Positions 29,968 to 43,400 of a DNA stretch of 64,000 nt are shown here, one piece after another. Made by a program: the position numbers and the translations under genes. Each line of letters begins with the position of its first letter. The first letter of the stretch is position 1. Origin of the DNA: Camelus dromedarius (lineage: Eukaryota); NCBI RefSeq assembly GCF_036321535.1, contig NC_087447.1, positions 46,624,001 to 46,688,000 on the forward strand, given 5' to 3'. The notes beneath the pieces are model-generated. The model had not been told where the DNA came from. It did not search any database and saw only the letters and a list, made by a program, of their open reading frames with translations.

Positions 29968-30812
29968 GTCCTTTGAAATAAAAGGTACAACCAAAAGACC
30001 TCAGGGCCTTAGGCAGTAGGGTGGATTGGAAGGACACCAGAGAGCCCACTTTGGGGTAGGAGTCTGTGCCCTTACCCAACACCTTTGCCAAGGAGAAAGA
30101 GTCTGTAAGTCAGAGGTTTCATAAGGGATGGGAAATAATACACAAGCCAGTGCTTTTTCTGGAGCTGGTCATTCTTCAGGTACAGAACAGCACCTCCACA
30201 GGGATAAGCACAGACTGGCAGAGCCACTGGATTATACAGCCCGCCCACCCTGGCATCATCCACACAGACACACTGAGGCGCAGATGGGGAAGGGTGCACA
30301 CCATATCAGAGGTGAAGTCAAGACCAGGACACCCGGGCAACCTTAGCAGGGGACTGTGGTCATAGGGCTGGATGTGCAGAGTAGATCATGAGACACATTA
30401 GTCAAGTGAATGACCCTGTGGGGAGAAATGGCTGTGGTTTTCTGGTAGCAGCCACTGCTCAGTGGTCCCTGACCTCAGCAAGAGGTGGCTCTGTAAAGGC
30501 AAAGAACCGGATGGTGGTTATGAACCTCAGGACTTTTTTTTAGCACCAGGTGGTGGAGCTCTCCTGCCAGCTCAGCTTCTTGCATCTCAGGTAAGGGTGA
30601 TGCTGCTTGAAGGTCCCTGTACCTTCCAGTGGGGTAGGGGGAAGGAGAAGCCAGCAGGGCTGGGTAAAGCCTTGTCCTGTGTCCTTCCTCCCTTCTTCCC
30701 TTCTCCCTAGCTTCAGTAGGGCCGAGAGAGGACACGGGGTGGGGAAGGCCTGAGTGGTATTTGTTTCCTCCTTTCTGGGCAGTGGGCCTCCTCCCCAGCA
30801 GGAGAGAAGGGT

Positions 30813-31259
<447 letters not shown>

Positions 31260-31779
31260 CTAGGGGAAGGGCTCATGATCAGACATTCTGCAGCTTATTG
31301 GGTAGGTGTGGACTGCCTCCTGTCTTAGCCCCAGCTCCTAAGGGCTGTCTTACCTCCCTCGCTCATGGAAGGAGGGCACAGGCAGGGGCAGCAGGAATGA
31401 TGGGCATTTCACTTCCCTGCATTTGGGGGTATAATGAGGCCGAGGAGCAGTCCCTGTCCCTCCCACTTTGGGGGAATGGAGTATGAAAGTTACTTGGAGT
31501 TACTCACCAACCCAAGACCTCCAGATACTGCGGGGAGAAGAAAGGTGTGTGTGTGGGCGGGGGACACGGGAGTTATTACCCCTGACACAGTGTTCCTAAC
31601 CCACTGCAGCTTGGGTGCTGCCCCTCACTCTACCTCCATCTGGAGTCTCCTCCCTTCTATTCTCCAGTCCCCATACTACCCAACACAGCCCTAGATTCTG
31701 ACCAATCACCCTCCACTTGTCCCCAAGCCCAGTCCCTGCCCAAGTTCCCATGAGAATTCCAGTTTCCACCTCACCATTA

Positions 31780-32430
<651 letters not shown>

Positions 32431-33196
32431 TCACCTTGGCCTTCAGGAGACTCTGCTCCAGCCTCTAGGAAGTCCTCCTTCAGCTCCCCCAGAGCTCTCC
32501 AGGGAGACCTCCCCTTCCAGGGCCTGGGCCCCCAATGTGCCTGCTTCTTATTCCTCAGCCAGCCTGAGGTTTGTGCAGGGGCATATAGGACCTTGTCCAT
32601 CTCCCTACACATGGCTGGGAAAGCTGTAGACAAGACAAGAGGTTCTCGAGCCCATAGCACAGAGCTGTGCCTTTGATATACCCCAGTGGGAGGTTCCATG
32701 AGCCCACACCCCAGATTTGGTCCCAATGGCAGAAATGAGTCACAGACCATCTAAGTTTCCTTGGGACAGTGCTGGATTCACTGCCCAGCTGAACTGTTCC
32801 TGACTGCTCTCAGTTTCTTGTTCTGAGAAACTTGTTCTTCTGGTCAGGGGTACCAAGGCAGTAGAGGGTACTGTGAGATCCCAGAGCAGCTGGGCCAGAA
32901 GAGTACCCTAACTCTGATCATGTTTAAGAAAGTGGGTGCTCCAAACCTGGGGTAGTCTAATACAATGACCCTGTTCTTATGCATCTCTCTCATCTGTCTT
33001 TCTCAAAGCTGGAATTCCTCATTTCTTAGGGAGCTAGAGTGTCATTCTTTACAGTTGAGGAAGGAGGAGATAATACCACACAGACTGGTGTGTTTTTTTT
33101 ATATGGGAGGGAGAGAATGAGGGATGGGTGAACAGTAGTTTTGATGGGGACAGAAAGGCCGGGAATGGGAGGAGGATCTCTTAGACTCCAGCCTAG

Positions 33197-33300
33197 AGCA
33201 GTACTTCTCAAACTTTAATATGCATGCAACTCATCTGGGATTGTGTGAGAAGGCAGAAGGTCTGGAATCTGAGAATCTGTATTCCTAAAAAGATTCCATG
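33197..33300. mobile_element. MER5-type hAT-Charlie fragment
   Basis: cagtacttctcaaactttaatatgcatgcaactcatctggg...aatctgtattcctaa. Confidence 0.6.
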
Positions 33301-34472
33301 ACTGTGGAAGCTACCAGCCTGTTGCCCACACTTTCCATGGACTTTTCAGACCTTCACCAACAGCCAGAGCAGTGCCAGAGCTCAGCAACCCAGAGAGGGA
33401 ATGACCCTGCTGTGACTACGGCAGGGCCAGTCTTCAGAGATGGAGTTCTGGAACATCCCTTCCTTTCTCCCAATGGAGATGCTGAATGGGTCTCTAAGAT
33501 GGCTGGCAAGGCAAGCAAGTATGGAGGCAGCTAGCAGGGCAGGGGTGCGCCTGTGGCAGGACTAGCCAGGGCCTTCACAGCCTTCATAGAAACAGAGATA
33601 GATTTCCCCTCAGCGCTGTCAGAGGAAGCTAAGTGCGGAGCTCTCGGAGAGAGGGTGAAACTCTCAAGGCCATGGCTTGAGATATCATAGCTTGAGACCA
33701 GACTCAGATATTCACTCTGCATAATCAGTGAAGAGGCAGCATGGAGGCTTTGGGGCCACACAAACCTAGTCCTGCATCCCAGCTCTGCCTTTATTAGCTG
33801 GGTGACCTTGAGCAAGTCACTTCACCTCTCTGAGCTTTAACCTCCTCATTGGCAAGATAGAGATGACATCACCTACTTTGCAGGGTGATGGTGAATACTA
33901 AATATAATGAATACTAAAGGCATCTGCAGTGGCTGGTGCACAGTGGGTACAAGCTATGACTTTTTAGAGACAAACTTCCCTGAAAAGCCAGCAAATAGGC
34001 TGTGAGCTATGTGGCTACTGAACATGGGAAGGCCGGCATATGACTGAGAGGTGGGAATTGTATCTTCACCGGACACATCTGAGACCCCTCAAGCCTCCTT
34101 ATGTGACTTTTCTGCCTCTTTGAGTAGGTCCCGTGTGTAAAGTTAGTGGGAGTGTTGCCTCCACTTCCTAGAATATTTATTCTGGAAATTCCCGCCCCAA
34201 TCTCAGCTACTTAAGGGGAACAGTACCAGCATCTAAAGCTTGGCTGGGAGAGCCCAGAGCACTCAAGGGCCCAGAGTCCTGACTGATACTGGGAAATAGG
34301 TAAAGGCTTGAGACGGCAGAGAGTTTGGGAGATGCCTAAGGAGGATGAGAGATTTAGGGTCCTGTGGCTGCTCATCCTATCCTCAGAAGCTCCTCTCAGA
34401 TTAGGGGTGGGGGCAGGATTCTAGGAGCAGGGATTGCTTCTTCCATCACTCTCTCTCTCTTTCTCTCTGTCT

Positions 34473-34475
<3 letters not shown>

Positions 34476-34504
<29 letters not shown>
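34476..34504. repeat. (CA)n microsatellite preceded by (CT)n
   Basis: Direct reading. Confidence 0.9.
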
Positions 34505-34506
<2 letters not shown>

Positions 34507-34899
34507 CATAATCAGGTATAGATACTCATAAACATGCATTCCCCCCATCCCAAGCACACAAGTTCCCCACTCACCAGCTATGCCAGCAACAAGCAACATC
34601 AGGAGCTATCAGAGTCCACGTACACAGCTCACCCCAAACATCCCCATAAGCCCAGAGCTAAGGGTACTGAGAGATGGGAACATAACCCCTTTCCCTAAGA
34701 ATAAAAACCCTTTGGCCTGGAGGACAGGCTCAGTGGATCTATGGCAGGGTACTGTATCAGAATTTCACATGGTATAAAAGGAGGGGGGTCCAAAACATTC
34801 CCTATCATAGCACCTCATGTTTCACCATTAGAGATTCATTCCCTTGGCCTCAGATAAAAGTCTTCTGAAATTATGGATGACTTTTCTATCTACCTTACT

Positions 34900-35230
34900 G
34901 CCCACCCAACCCCTACCCCTTGCCAACTGGACAAAAAACTTCCATTCCTGTCAATCCTACTTGCTAATCTTCTCTAGACTCCATCCCCTCTTCTCTATCC
35001 TCACAGTCCCCATCTTAGCTCTGGTCTTCCCAGTACCATTTGCTATTGCACTGGCCTCCTTACTCCCTGCTCTTGCCCTTCTCCTTAAATCTGTTCTCTA
35101 CTCAGGGATCCAGAATGGTCTTCTAAAACTCAAATCTGATCATGTTCCTTTCCTGCTTAAAATCTTTCCAAAACTCCTCGTTGCCCTCTAGATAAAATCA
35201 AAAGTTGTCAGCCTGGCGTTCACAAAGATC
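34900..35230 (+). mobile_element. L2 LINE fragment
   Basis: ccagaatggtcttctaaaactcaaatctgatcatgttcctttcctgcttaaaatc is typical of L2. Confidence 0.7.
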
Positions 35231-36018
35231 CTTCTTCACTCCCACAGCAACAACTCCTCCTTGTTCAGGAAGGAAGTCTCCAACATCTAAGCTGGGCTGA
35301 GTGCTTCCTCTGGGCCCCGTCATCCCTGTGCTCCCTTCTGTCACAAAAGGAATCCTATCTCACTGTGTTGTGACTGTCTGTGCCTAGATGTGTCTCTTGT
35401 AGGAATAAGATGCTAAGGGCAAGTCCATGTTCAATTCCATGCCCATTACACAGAACCTCCACCCCCGGGCCCTCAGAAAGGCTCAGTGGACTGCTACTGG
35501 AGGCAGGAACTTCTAGGTTTCTAGCTGGCAGAGCCCTGAGTGGATACAGGTTGTGGGGCCTGAGGTTGCCAGAAAAGAAACCAAGCTAGAAGAACCCAGG
35601 GCAGGGCTAGGAGTCCTCCCAGGTCAGGCCCCTAGTCTGGGCTAAAGCCACCTGTTACTTCTCCTGGCTCCTGGTCACATGTTACTTCCTCAGTCCTAGC
35701 TTCCTTTCCAGTTTGGTCTCTTTTCAGCCCCCTTCTCCCTCTCACGACCTCTTCTACCTAGTCCCACTCCCCTCCTTCCCCCATGCCACCTCTGCTCCCT
35801 ACACCCTCTACAATCCTCTTCTGGTCTTGGAGGACTGTGACTGTACTTTCCATGAGTCTCCTTCACAAATTTCCCCTACCTCTGACTTTCCCCTCACCAT
35901 CCTTTTACCCCTCTCCCCTCTCTCTGTCCCTCCTCCTTCTCTCCTACTCTCTGATTCCACCCTTATTGCCATCTCCTGACCTGGCCCTGACCCAGGTGCT
36001 GGGGAGCCTGGCACTCAC

Positions 36019-36186
36019 CCCACAGTCAGTGGCCACCGTGTACTCAAAGTGGAACACCAGGGACCAGATGATGCAGAAGAAGAAGCCGAACACAGGGAAA
36101 GTGATGAGCCACCAGACCATGGCTGTGAAGCGGAGCCGGAACACAGTCCCCTCGGGGTCCAAGGGCTGGGAGGCTGCAGAGAACAT
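36019..36186 (-). CDS. PGAP2: PGAP2 alternative coding exon B, paralog of exon A with its own ATG (56 codons)
   Basis: MFSAASQPLDPEGTVFRLRFT...VATDCG; acceptor ccctacag|GATG (36188/36187); phase-0 donor GGG|GTGAGT (36019/36018). Confidence 0.88.
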
Positions 36187-39100
36187 CCTGTAGGGAGTGG
36201 TGCCCGAGTAGGGTGAGGGACACAACTTGGGGTCTGGTGGGATACCTGGGCCTAGGAAAGTGAGGCCTTTTCCAGAGCTGGCTCCTCAAGGTATAGGGAA
36301 GAGCCAGAGTAGAAAGGACATAAGGGAAAAAGGAAAATAGGGCAGAAGAGGAGAAGAGAGAGATGAGGCAAGAGCAGCAGAAATAGGCAGGGTTAGCTCT
36401 TAGGAATCCCCTTGGCACCCTGGTACTGTAGGTTCCCCTCTTGAAAAGCCTGGAGAACAGAGGCTCCCAGTGGCCTGGACATGGAAGTTCTGATGGCCCA
36501 CCTCATTCTCATGACCTTCATACCCACTCAGGAGACGGATCAGAGGGGAAAGGGTTATTATTCCCATTCCACATAAGGGAAGACTGAGGCCCAGAACTAT
36601 GCCAGGATCAAATATTAGGAATAAGGCCTCTTGCCACCTGACAGCTTAAGGCTGCAAGTCAAGGCTTTCTTCAGGACAAGCAACCTAGACAAAGGCCCCT
36701 TGGATCAAACTGGCCCAAGCCCTCCCACTGACCCTGTCTGACCACATTCCTGCTCTTCACCCAAGTTCAACTAGGAACAATGGGAGTGCCCCAGAACCTA
36801 TTTTGGTGGGGCCACAGGCTGCCAGCCATCCCACCCCCAGGCTCAGAATGATCCAAGTCTCAGGCCAGCAGTACCCTGATCTCAAGATATCAGGGTCCCT
36901 CCAGAGGCCCAGACCTCTATCTCCTTCCTCTCTGAGAAGACCATGTCACCCAGTCCAAAGTTCTGGGGAATCTGAGGGTCATGGGAAACTTCTCCCCTCG
37001 GGGCTGTGCTGGGCCAGACCCAAGAAGGACAGACTCAGGCTGCGGGAGCTGGGCTTCTTCTGCTACCTTCTCCCTCTGGGCAGAGAACTCCCTCCTCCCA
37101 CCCCCATTGCCCCAACCACCATGGCCCCTCAAGTTGGGATCCCTCCTGGGAAGGCAGATAGAGATGGCTTTGTATTAAAAGCCTAGGACCAAATCTCCCC
37201 TGGGACTCAGACCTCCCTCCATTAAGGGAACCCTATTCCACTAGTCCAGCTCAGCATCAGGGAATTGGGGTCAGGATGGGCGCACTAAGCAACACTCACA
37301 CTGGGTGCTGAAGGATCCGGGGCTTGGGTTGAGGGCTCTAGCCAGACTGAGACTGTTCTAAGACTGGAGGGTCCCACCCCTAGTTCTCTAGGGCCTGCCT
37401 CCCGCCCACAGAGCCAAGATCTCCACGCCTGCCCAGGCACACAGCCTTCCCAGGACCAACAAAGCCATGTCATAAATCCCAGAACACTCTGCAAAGGTAA
37501 GAAGTGATAGTGGCTGAGGTCAGGCCACAGCAGCTTCCTTGCCAGGGATGGGGGTGGGGCCCTTTCTGAGTGTTGAGTCCAGGGATATAGGCAGGTTTCT
37601 AGGAAGCAAAAGGGGGAAAGCAGAGTAGGATTTCTCCCCTTTTTGTTGAGGCAGGACTGAGTATGTTTATTAGGCCCCACCAGAGAGCTAGCTAATCTTA
37701 GATTTAGGATTAGCTTAGACAATAGATTCAGGGTCCAAAAGAGATCTAGACAGGTCTGAATATGAGGTATCAGTGTCCAGCCTGTACCTTTGCAGAAATA
37801 GCTAATGGCAGCTCAGGCTGCATTAACAGATGTCTAATAGCCAGTAACAGGAATGGAACAGTCCTGCTTTTGCCTGTACCTCCCAACGCTTATGAAGTTC
37901 TATGCCCACATCAGGGCGTAGGAAAAAACAGTGATCAACTGGACCAAGTCCAGGGGCACACGTCTTGTAAGGGTTGCCTGAAGGAATTGGAGCTATGCTA
38001 CCTAAGAAGAGTAAAATCAGGGGACACCCCTCCCCCACCATTACTGGCTTCCCACCTCTGCAGGGCCAGCTGGAAGCCAGGTGGAAAGAGTAGCTCTAAG
38101 GGTCCCAAAGCAGAGCCAGAGCCAAGACAGAGATTCACCAGAGAGTATATGCTCACTATGAGAAAGAGTGTGCTAATTATTAGTTACTAAGTCTCCTGGA
38201 ACAGGCTGCCTGGGGAGGAAAGAAGCTCTCCATCACTGGGGATGTGCAAGCAGAGGCAGGGTCATCTAACTATAGAAGTGTCAGACTAAGGCTACTTCTT
38301 TTATTCCTCAGGCTGGCCATTCCTGGGATACTCTGGGTGAGAAATTCAGAGCATATATGAAAATCCCCAGGTGGATCCATCGTAGTAGTCCCAGGGAGTG
38401 GGGACAAAATACCCTCAAGGTCACTAGACCTAGTCCTGCCCCAGAGGGCCAGGTAACCCTCCAGCAACTACCTATGCCTTAGCTCCCTAACTAGCATGCC
38501 AAGAATGGGTTCTAGGTATGCTGAGGTTATTGATCCCATTAGCCCTTGGAGCCAGCCATGAGGACCAGAGCGAACAGCCTACTCCATTTAACTCCATATG
38601 CTATACAAATATTATAATTTTCTATATGGACAATGACTGCATTATATAATGCCTTCCTTTTCCCAGGGCACTGGGCTGGTGGAGGGAGGAGGCATCCTAT
38701 CCACTTATTCAGCAAATACTTTCTGATTCAGATGCAGTACCCACCTTCAAGGAGCTTCCAGTCTGGTAGGGAAGAAAGACACACTCATGATATGATAGAA
38801 CACTTTAGGAGAGAACACAGGAACTGTGGGCACCCAGATCGGGGAGTGATTAAGCTTGCCCCAGGGAGGCTGGAGAAACTTGAGCAGGGTCTTGCAGGGT
38901 GAAGAGGAGTTGACCAGGGTAATAGAACATTTGATGTATTATCTAAGGTGAGAAATAGGTCAGGAGAGGCTATTGTATGGACCCTTCTGATCCTCCCCCT
39001 CAGATCACCTGGTCACCCCCTTTTTTTCCAGTTCTGTTCTTTCTTTCCTTCCTTCTTTTCTTTCTCTCTTTCTTTCTTTCTTTTTCAGTCCTGTTCTTTC

Positions 39101-39213
39101 TGATAGCTCCCAGCCCTGGGCCTCATCAGACTGGCTGTCCACAGCTCAAGGCCCACATCTACCCATTAACAAATTGAGAAGAGGGAAAACTTCAAGTCGT
39201 ATGAACAAAAGAG

Positions 39214-39345
39214 GAGGGAGGGTATAGCTCAGTGGTAGAGTACATCCTGGGTTCAATCCCCAGTACCTCCATCAAAAAAATATAAATAAATAAATAGACC
39301 TAGATACCCACCTCCAAATTATAAGAGATATAAAAGGAAAAAAAA
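39214..39345 (+). mobile_element. tRNA-Ala-derived Vic-type camelid SINE lacking the anticodon arm
   Basis: A box tagctcagtggt, B box ggttcaatcc, (AAAT)n body and A-rich tail. Confidence 0.8.
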
Positions 39346-40163
39346 GTGGGCCCCCACCCCTACCAGCCGGACACCACTCCTAGTTGAACCCCTTTTCTGG
39401 AGCAGATGCTCTTTATAGGAAGGTGAGAATCTCAGCTGACTGAAGGCCTTTAGAGCTCTCTGTGAGGCTAGTCCAAGGGTTTGTGCCCAGGACCTGCCAC
39501 TTTCCCGCCTAGAGACCCTAGGCTAACTTCCTCTCCTGCCCTGCCTTCCAACCCAACAATCTCTTTTTCCTCTTCTTCCATCTGCTCCTCATCCTTTACA
39601 TTCCATGAACCACCTTCCTATTTCCTCTGGAGCCCAACACTAACCCTGAGAAGGAGGAGGACAGGAATTATCAACCCTGTTTTAGACATGGAGAAACTGA
39701 GGCTCAGTCTCTGTGTCTCAGGTCATATACAGAGTCAGTGGATGAACTAGGAATATAAGAAAGGTGCACACAAGTCTCACCCCATTTACTCCAATAACCT
39801 ACAGAGAAATAACTCTCAAAACTTTCTTCCTGGCCCAGCACCCCATGTCCCTGTCCAGAGGGCATATGGCCACCTATGGAAACCCCAGAACACATATCCA
39901 TACACATAGTCAGGTCCCCAACCAGAAGGGCACAGATACGGTCTCTCTCACACACATATGCCACCCAAAGCCATTATAGTCACACCCCTCACAGTTACAC
40001 ACATATATATACACACAATTCCACAGTGCCACACTGAGAAGCCCCAAGTGTCCTCTAGCCCAGTCTTATTCTCTCTCCATCCCCCAGAAAACCCTGGGGC
40101 TGCTCAATCTGCCCCTCTGTGAAGTAAGGTTTGGATTCTGGGTTCTGGGGCTGCCCAACTTCA

Positions 40164-40577
<414 letters not shown>

Positions 40578-42594
40578 TCAGTGGTGAAGCCAGCCCTTGT
40601 GCTCAGTCCTCAGCCTAGCTGTGCTATGGGGGTGAGGAGTGTGAGAAGGAAGCCACCTAGCCCCTAAGTTTGGACTGCTGCTGCCCTGGATGAGGAAGAC
40701 AGACTTGGAATCCCATGAGAACATTCGCCCTCAATTTCAGAGGAAAGATAATGGACGAAATCTGTGCTAAGACAAAGCTTGAATAGATTGGGAGACCTGT
40801 GCCAGGCTTGACAGGCCTAAGACTACAGGAGCTGGTGGAACTAGTCTCTCTTGTTTCAGGAACCAATCCTAAAACCTCCCAGTGGACAGAATGGCCCATC
40901 TCCTCCCCAGGCCTTGGAGCCTCCATGTTTCAGGGCCTCCCATCAGCTCACACTGCTTCACCCACCGGCCCAGGGCCCCTCTGCACCTTCAGTCCCTTCC
41001 CAGGCTCTGTGGACTCTGTGTGCCTGTACCACAGTCCACAGCAGCAAGGACTCCATGGAAGCCTGCAGAACCTCAACCCCCTGCTTGTCCCCGCCTGCTG
41101 CCTCACGTGCTCTGAGGGTGAAAGGCTTTGCAGAATCAGGCCTGGTGCTAGCCTGGGCTTGCTATTTGCTGGAGAGAGCTGCCTGGTCAGCTTCTGGAGG
41201 CTTCCCAGTGCCCAGGGGCTTGTCCACTAGGCAAGGGCTCCTGAGGACTGTGCCCCACCCCCCAGCCCCCTGCTCAGATGAGGGTATCTAGGGTCAGGAG
41301 TTATAATAGCTAAGTATACACCAGCAATCCTAGCCCAGCCCCACCTCAGAGTGTAGAAAGGGAAGGTGAGGCCAGAGAGGCGCAGGACCCTGGCTCAGGA
41401 TCACATAGCAAATAGAAGGAAGAGCCAGCAGTGGGAGATGTGGGCCTCACAGTGTGAAGAACTGCAACTCTGACCTTCCTTGACCCCTTCCTCTCTGGGC
41501 CAGAGTTCTGGGCAGAAAGGTTGGGTTAAGGTCAAGTTAGGAGGGGAAAGTGAAGGGATACTCTGTCCATAGGAGAAGCAAAGCTATAAAACCACATCCT
41601 ATATAGATGAGTCAGTCAGCTCTGTCCCCATTTTAAAGACAGAGAAACCAAGACAGAGAGAGGAAGGTCCTCCCTCAAAGCCAGATGCTGAGCCTAAGGG
41701 GGAGCCATCCTCAGAATTCAGGTTTCTTGTTGCCAACCTAGGGCTGACTCCAGATACATAAAGAACCCGCCATTCTGGACTCCAGGGCCTTGCCAGATCA
41801 AGTCCCAACTCTTCCTGGCCCCGCCCTCAGGACTCTCTCCCTTCTAGTCCCAACCTCAGGAAGAACCCTGACCACCGGAAGGCTGGCCTCCTGCCATTCC
41901 AGAGCAAGCCAGGTGGAGTCGCCTCTCACACAACTTCCTCCACCCACTTCTCTTCCAGGCTCCAGCAGGCAGCCCGCCTCAACTGCTCAAGCTTCTTTCT
42001 CCTTTTAGGGGTTGGGAGTTTCCCAGGGGAGGTGGAAGTGGCCCTGGTGGCCCTCCCAAAGCAAATACCTTCCTTGGATCATCCCCACACACCTTCTCCA
42101 CTCAGCCCAAACCTAGATTCTATGGCTATAATGGTAGTACCCCCTTCCAACATCCCTCTCTAAAGTCAGCTGCTCTGGATCCCTCAGGAATCACTAGGAC
42201 CCCCAAACCGAAAACCAGATCCTCAGGGAATGAGCAGGCAGTGCCCAAGGCAGGAGTTGATAAGGAGGTTTAAGGAACAGTCTGTTCTACTTCTCAGAAG
42301 TATGCCTAACCTCCCTTTTGGCTGTGTGACCTTGGGCAAGTCACCTAATCACTCTGGGACTGTTTTCCCAGTTGTGCAACATGGGATTTGGTTTGGATTA
42401 CTAATAAGGCCAGTCCAACTTGGTCATTATACTCTCCCAGGTCTCAGGACAGGGAGCTCACTATCTGAGGGGCAGCCATTCAGCCCCAACCAACTCTAAC
42501 TTCCACACAGATACCAATTAACTGAAAACTGATTTCTTAGGGGTACCCCTACCTTATTTCAAAAGATCCCAAAAGATCTTCTCAGCCTCCGGTT

Positions 42595-42830
42595 TAAATG
42601 CACACTTACTGGGTGCTTTCTGAGTATGAACACCCTGTTCAGCACTGGATAAACACTGTTTCTTTCAATCCTCACTACAATTCTATGCGGTAGGCGCTAT
42701 AGCCTGTATATTTCCATTTCACAGAAGAGGAAACTGAGGCTCAGGGGGGTTAAAAACACTTGCTCAAGGTCACAGGCTAATAGCTGGCAGAGCTGGGATT
42801 TCAAACTAATCTACAGGGTTCCAAGACCCC
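42595..42830 (-). mobile_element. MIR SINE
   Basis: ccatttcacagaagaggaaactgaggctcagggggttaa...gagctgggatttcaaact. Confidence 0.8.
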
Positions 42831-42999
42831 TTAACCTTCATCCTTGGGCACCTAAGGAAGAATCTGGACCAGGAGTCCCTGCAGAGTGAAGAAGGGAGAG
42901 GCTCACTCCAGAACACCGGGCCCAAGTCGGGGAGCAGAGGAGACAGGAGTCAGCTCAGTCAGTTGGGACAGCAGCAGTTCCTGGGCAGGCACTGGGATC

Positions 43000-43400
43000 C
43001 CCCGCCCCCGCCCCCGAGCCTGGGGCCAGGCCCTGCGGAGGCCAGACCGCGTGGCCGAGCTCCCCCAAGTGGGGCTGTCCGGTAGTCTCGCACAGCCATC
43101 CCCATACTCACCCAGGCTGTGGCGGCGAGAAGGCCGTGCCGGCGCAGGCCGGGAGCCTGGGCCACCCCAGGGAAGCCCAGGCCGGGCCCTGGAGGTGGTG
43201 GGCGAGCGCCGGGGGTGGGGCGGGGCCGGCGCGCTTGGGGCGGAACTTGGGGAGGAAACTGCGCCCAGATCCACTGCTGGCCCCTCCCCGTTTCTGAGGC
43301 CCGGGACCGCAGGCTGCCCCGCTTAATCTGCTGTCCCCTCATGCGATGCTGCTCCAGCCCCGGTCTGTCCCACTAATTCCGCGTAGGGGCAGCCAGAAGA
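43000..43400. promoter_or_regulatory. PGAP2: PGAP2 proximal CpG-island promoter; CTCF-like motif nearby at 43753-43766
   Basis: CpG-rich; GGGGCGGGG at about 43218; tcaggagagggcgc at 43753. Confidence 0.7.
43112..43260 (-). other. PGAP2: PGAP2 proximal non-coding exon 1 (5' boundary approximate)
   Basis: Strong donor TGG|GTGAGT at 43112/43111 inside a small CpG island with GC boxes. Confidence 0.75.

Noticed and set aside
39214-39275. Possible tRNA-Ala genes here and at 46138
   Set aside because: Anticodon arm deleted or triplicated, AAAT-rich tails and no Pol III T-run terminator: these are SINEs.
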